From Azolla caroliniana (Eukaryota > Plantae > Polypodiophyta), in contig JBHGNT010000020.1 in NCBI GenBank assembly GCA_043228905.1, positions 1,860,001 to 1,924,000 on the forward strand: a DNA stretch of 64,000 bases, in the 5' to 3' direction. The position numbers and the translations under genes were made by a program. The notes below the pieces were generated by a model. It was not told the DNA's origin. It ran no database searches and saw only the letters and a program-made list of their open reading frames with translations. The stretch's first letter is position 1. Every line of letters starts with the position of its first letter. Positions 62,343 to 64,000 of the stretch are shown here, in pieces.

Positions 62343-64000
62343 AGGGCTGGTGAGCGAATCACGGCCACAAACAGTGCAGGTCGCTTAGAGGAAGGCGCGT
62401 GCGATCTGCACCGTCAGATTTCGATAAGGAAGAAGGCGCGAAAAAAAAACCTGTCAGAGGTTGCCCAACTCTGAGTCGTTGGTCGCCCAACCCTGTCAGA
62501 GGTCGCCCAACCACAATTGGTCGCCCAACTTTGATCGTTGCAAGTCGCCCAACCGTTGTAGGTCACCCAACCCTGACCTTTGCAGGTCGCCCAACCGTGT
62601 TGCCCAACCAAATGTATCATTTCGACCAAAATCTTCAAATAAGCTTGATCATTACCCTTAAAACTTACAATAACACATCAAAGAGTCACAAAATCCAGCC
62701 TTAAATTATTCAAAATCAACAATCTTCACCATACTTAACATAAAACAAATAATCATCTTAAAACATAAAAGTTAAAAGTTAAAAAACATAAAACTTAAAA
62801 CAGAGATCAACTTATAACATACTTGAAACATGAATCAAAATATGACATACTTGAAACATAAATCTACATACGACATATTTGAAACATAAAACTTAAAACA
62901 TAAATCAACATATGACATACTTGAAAAATAAATCAACATATGACATCCTTTGAACGTAAATCCGCTTTAAACATCGTAAACCCAAATCAACATGTGACAT
63001 ACTTGAAACAGGAAACTTAAAACATAAATCAACAGATGACATACTCCCAAATGCACTCATAAATCAACATAAATCCACTTTAAACATTGTAAACCCAAAT
63101 GCACTAGTCCGCAAAACCACTCAAGCTATGTTTATGGCTCATCTGGAAATGATGGCAAGATGCGGCCACAATTCTTGCAACAATCAACATTTGAGTCCCT
63201 TGATCTAAAGGTCAAGGCATCGCAATGCAAGCATCGAATCTTCTTTGTCACACATATTGGCAACCGCCTCTTAGCTCGACTTGCGCCTCTTTGCATTTTT
63301 TCAGTGTGTGCCTTGGAAGTGTTTGGGGAGCTGCCAATAAGATATTGTGAAATGTTAACTGATGCTCCCCTTTTTGCACCAATTGCTTGCTTACGCCTTA
63401 CGGATCCACGGTCTTCTTCATTGGTTGGTTTCGGTGCACCTGCGGGATACACCACCATCTGACTCATTTCTTCAATGGACTCCATACATGCCAAAATTGT
63501 TGCACGGTCGAGGGATCGTAACCCTTGCCTAAGACACTGAATAGCCCCCTCAGCCGTTTGTAATTTTGACTCCTATTCCTCCATTTGTGATGTTATAGGG
63601 TTTGTCTCCTCGACTAGTTCTACCTCTGTCTCCACTTCCGTCTCTATGAAATGGTCATTGCACATATGGGTTGCATGATCTATAAAAGGCAATGACCCAC
63701 ATAGATGTGGCATGTGCCTCTCAATAATCATCTTGATGCCAAATATATGCTTACATTTACTCGTAGGGTCTTGGCAATCACAATATGAGCATTGGAGCAA
63801 TACATTATACCATACATTCGGTTTTGTCAAGCTCAATATTTTAAACCAATATCGGGGCTCGTCCACAATATGCATTGTTGCATCATTAGTTTCATACCTC
63901 TCTAGTAGACTCTCTGCCTCTTCAAGTCTTGTTGTTTGATCCCTATAAATTGCACAGGGTGCAAATCTACCACTCTCACATATTTCTTATTGTTGCTTGT
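62343..64000 (-). mobile_element. Mutator-like (MULE) transposon 3' end with SWIM zinc finger, continues beyond window
   Basis: CSYCDCQDPTSKCKHIF (SWIM) in 63573-63875, CxxC..CxxC in 63132-63494, subterminal GTCGCCCAAC repeats at 62450-62610 and AT-rich repeats at 62760-63100; left boundary approximate. Confidence 0.65.

Overview
Land-plant nuclear DNA, probably a seed-free plant such as a fern (inferred from TE types and gene structure). Positions 1-50.6 kb are a four-level nest of LTR retrotransposons, resolved by LTR pairs, primer-binding sites (PBS) and target-site duplications (TSD). It contains a decayed Athila/Tat-clade Ty3/gypsy element with a long extra 3' ORF (A1, 1-8336), a non-coding LTR element (B, 8609-11650), and a Copia (F, ~11713-50607) that holds Copia H and Copia E. 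E in turn holds Copia G, a gag-only tRNA-Trp-primed element C1 (itself holding young Copia D), and a chimeric gypsy A2 (holding C2). Positions 51-64 kb hold LINE remnants, a multi-exon gene with a TPX2-like Aurora-binding N-terminus, a hAT MITE, a five-exon WCRKC thioredoxin gene and the end of a Mutator-like element. Main finding: A1, A2 and B have no polypurine tract (PPT). Directly upstream of the 3' LTR each carries a sense copy of a tRNA-Arg 3' end, including CCA, plus its T-arm split by a covarying 13-nt hairpin. This amounts to a second, inverted PBS and suggests LTR retrotransposons whose plus strand is also tRNA-primed.
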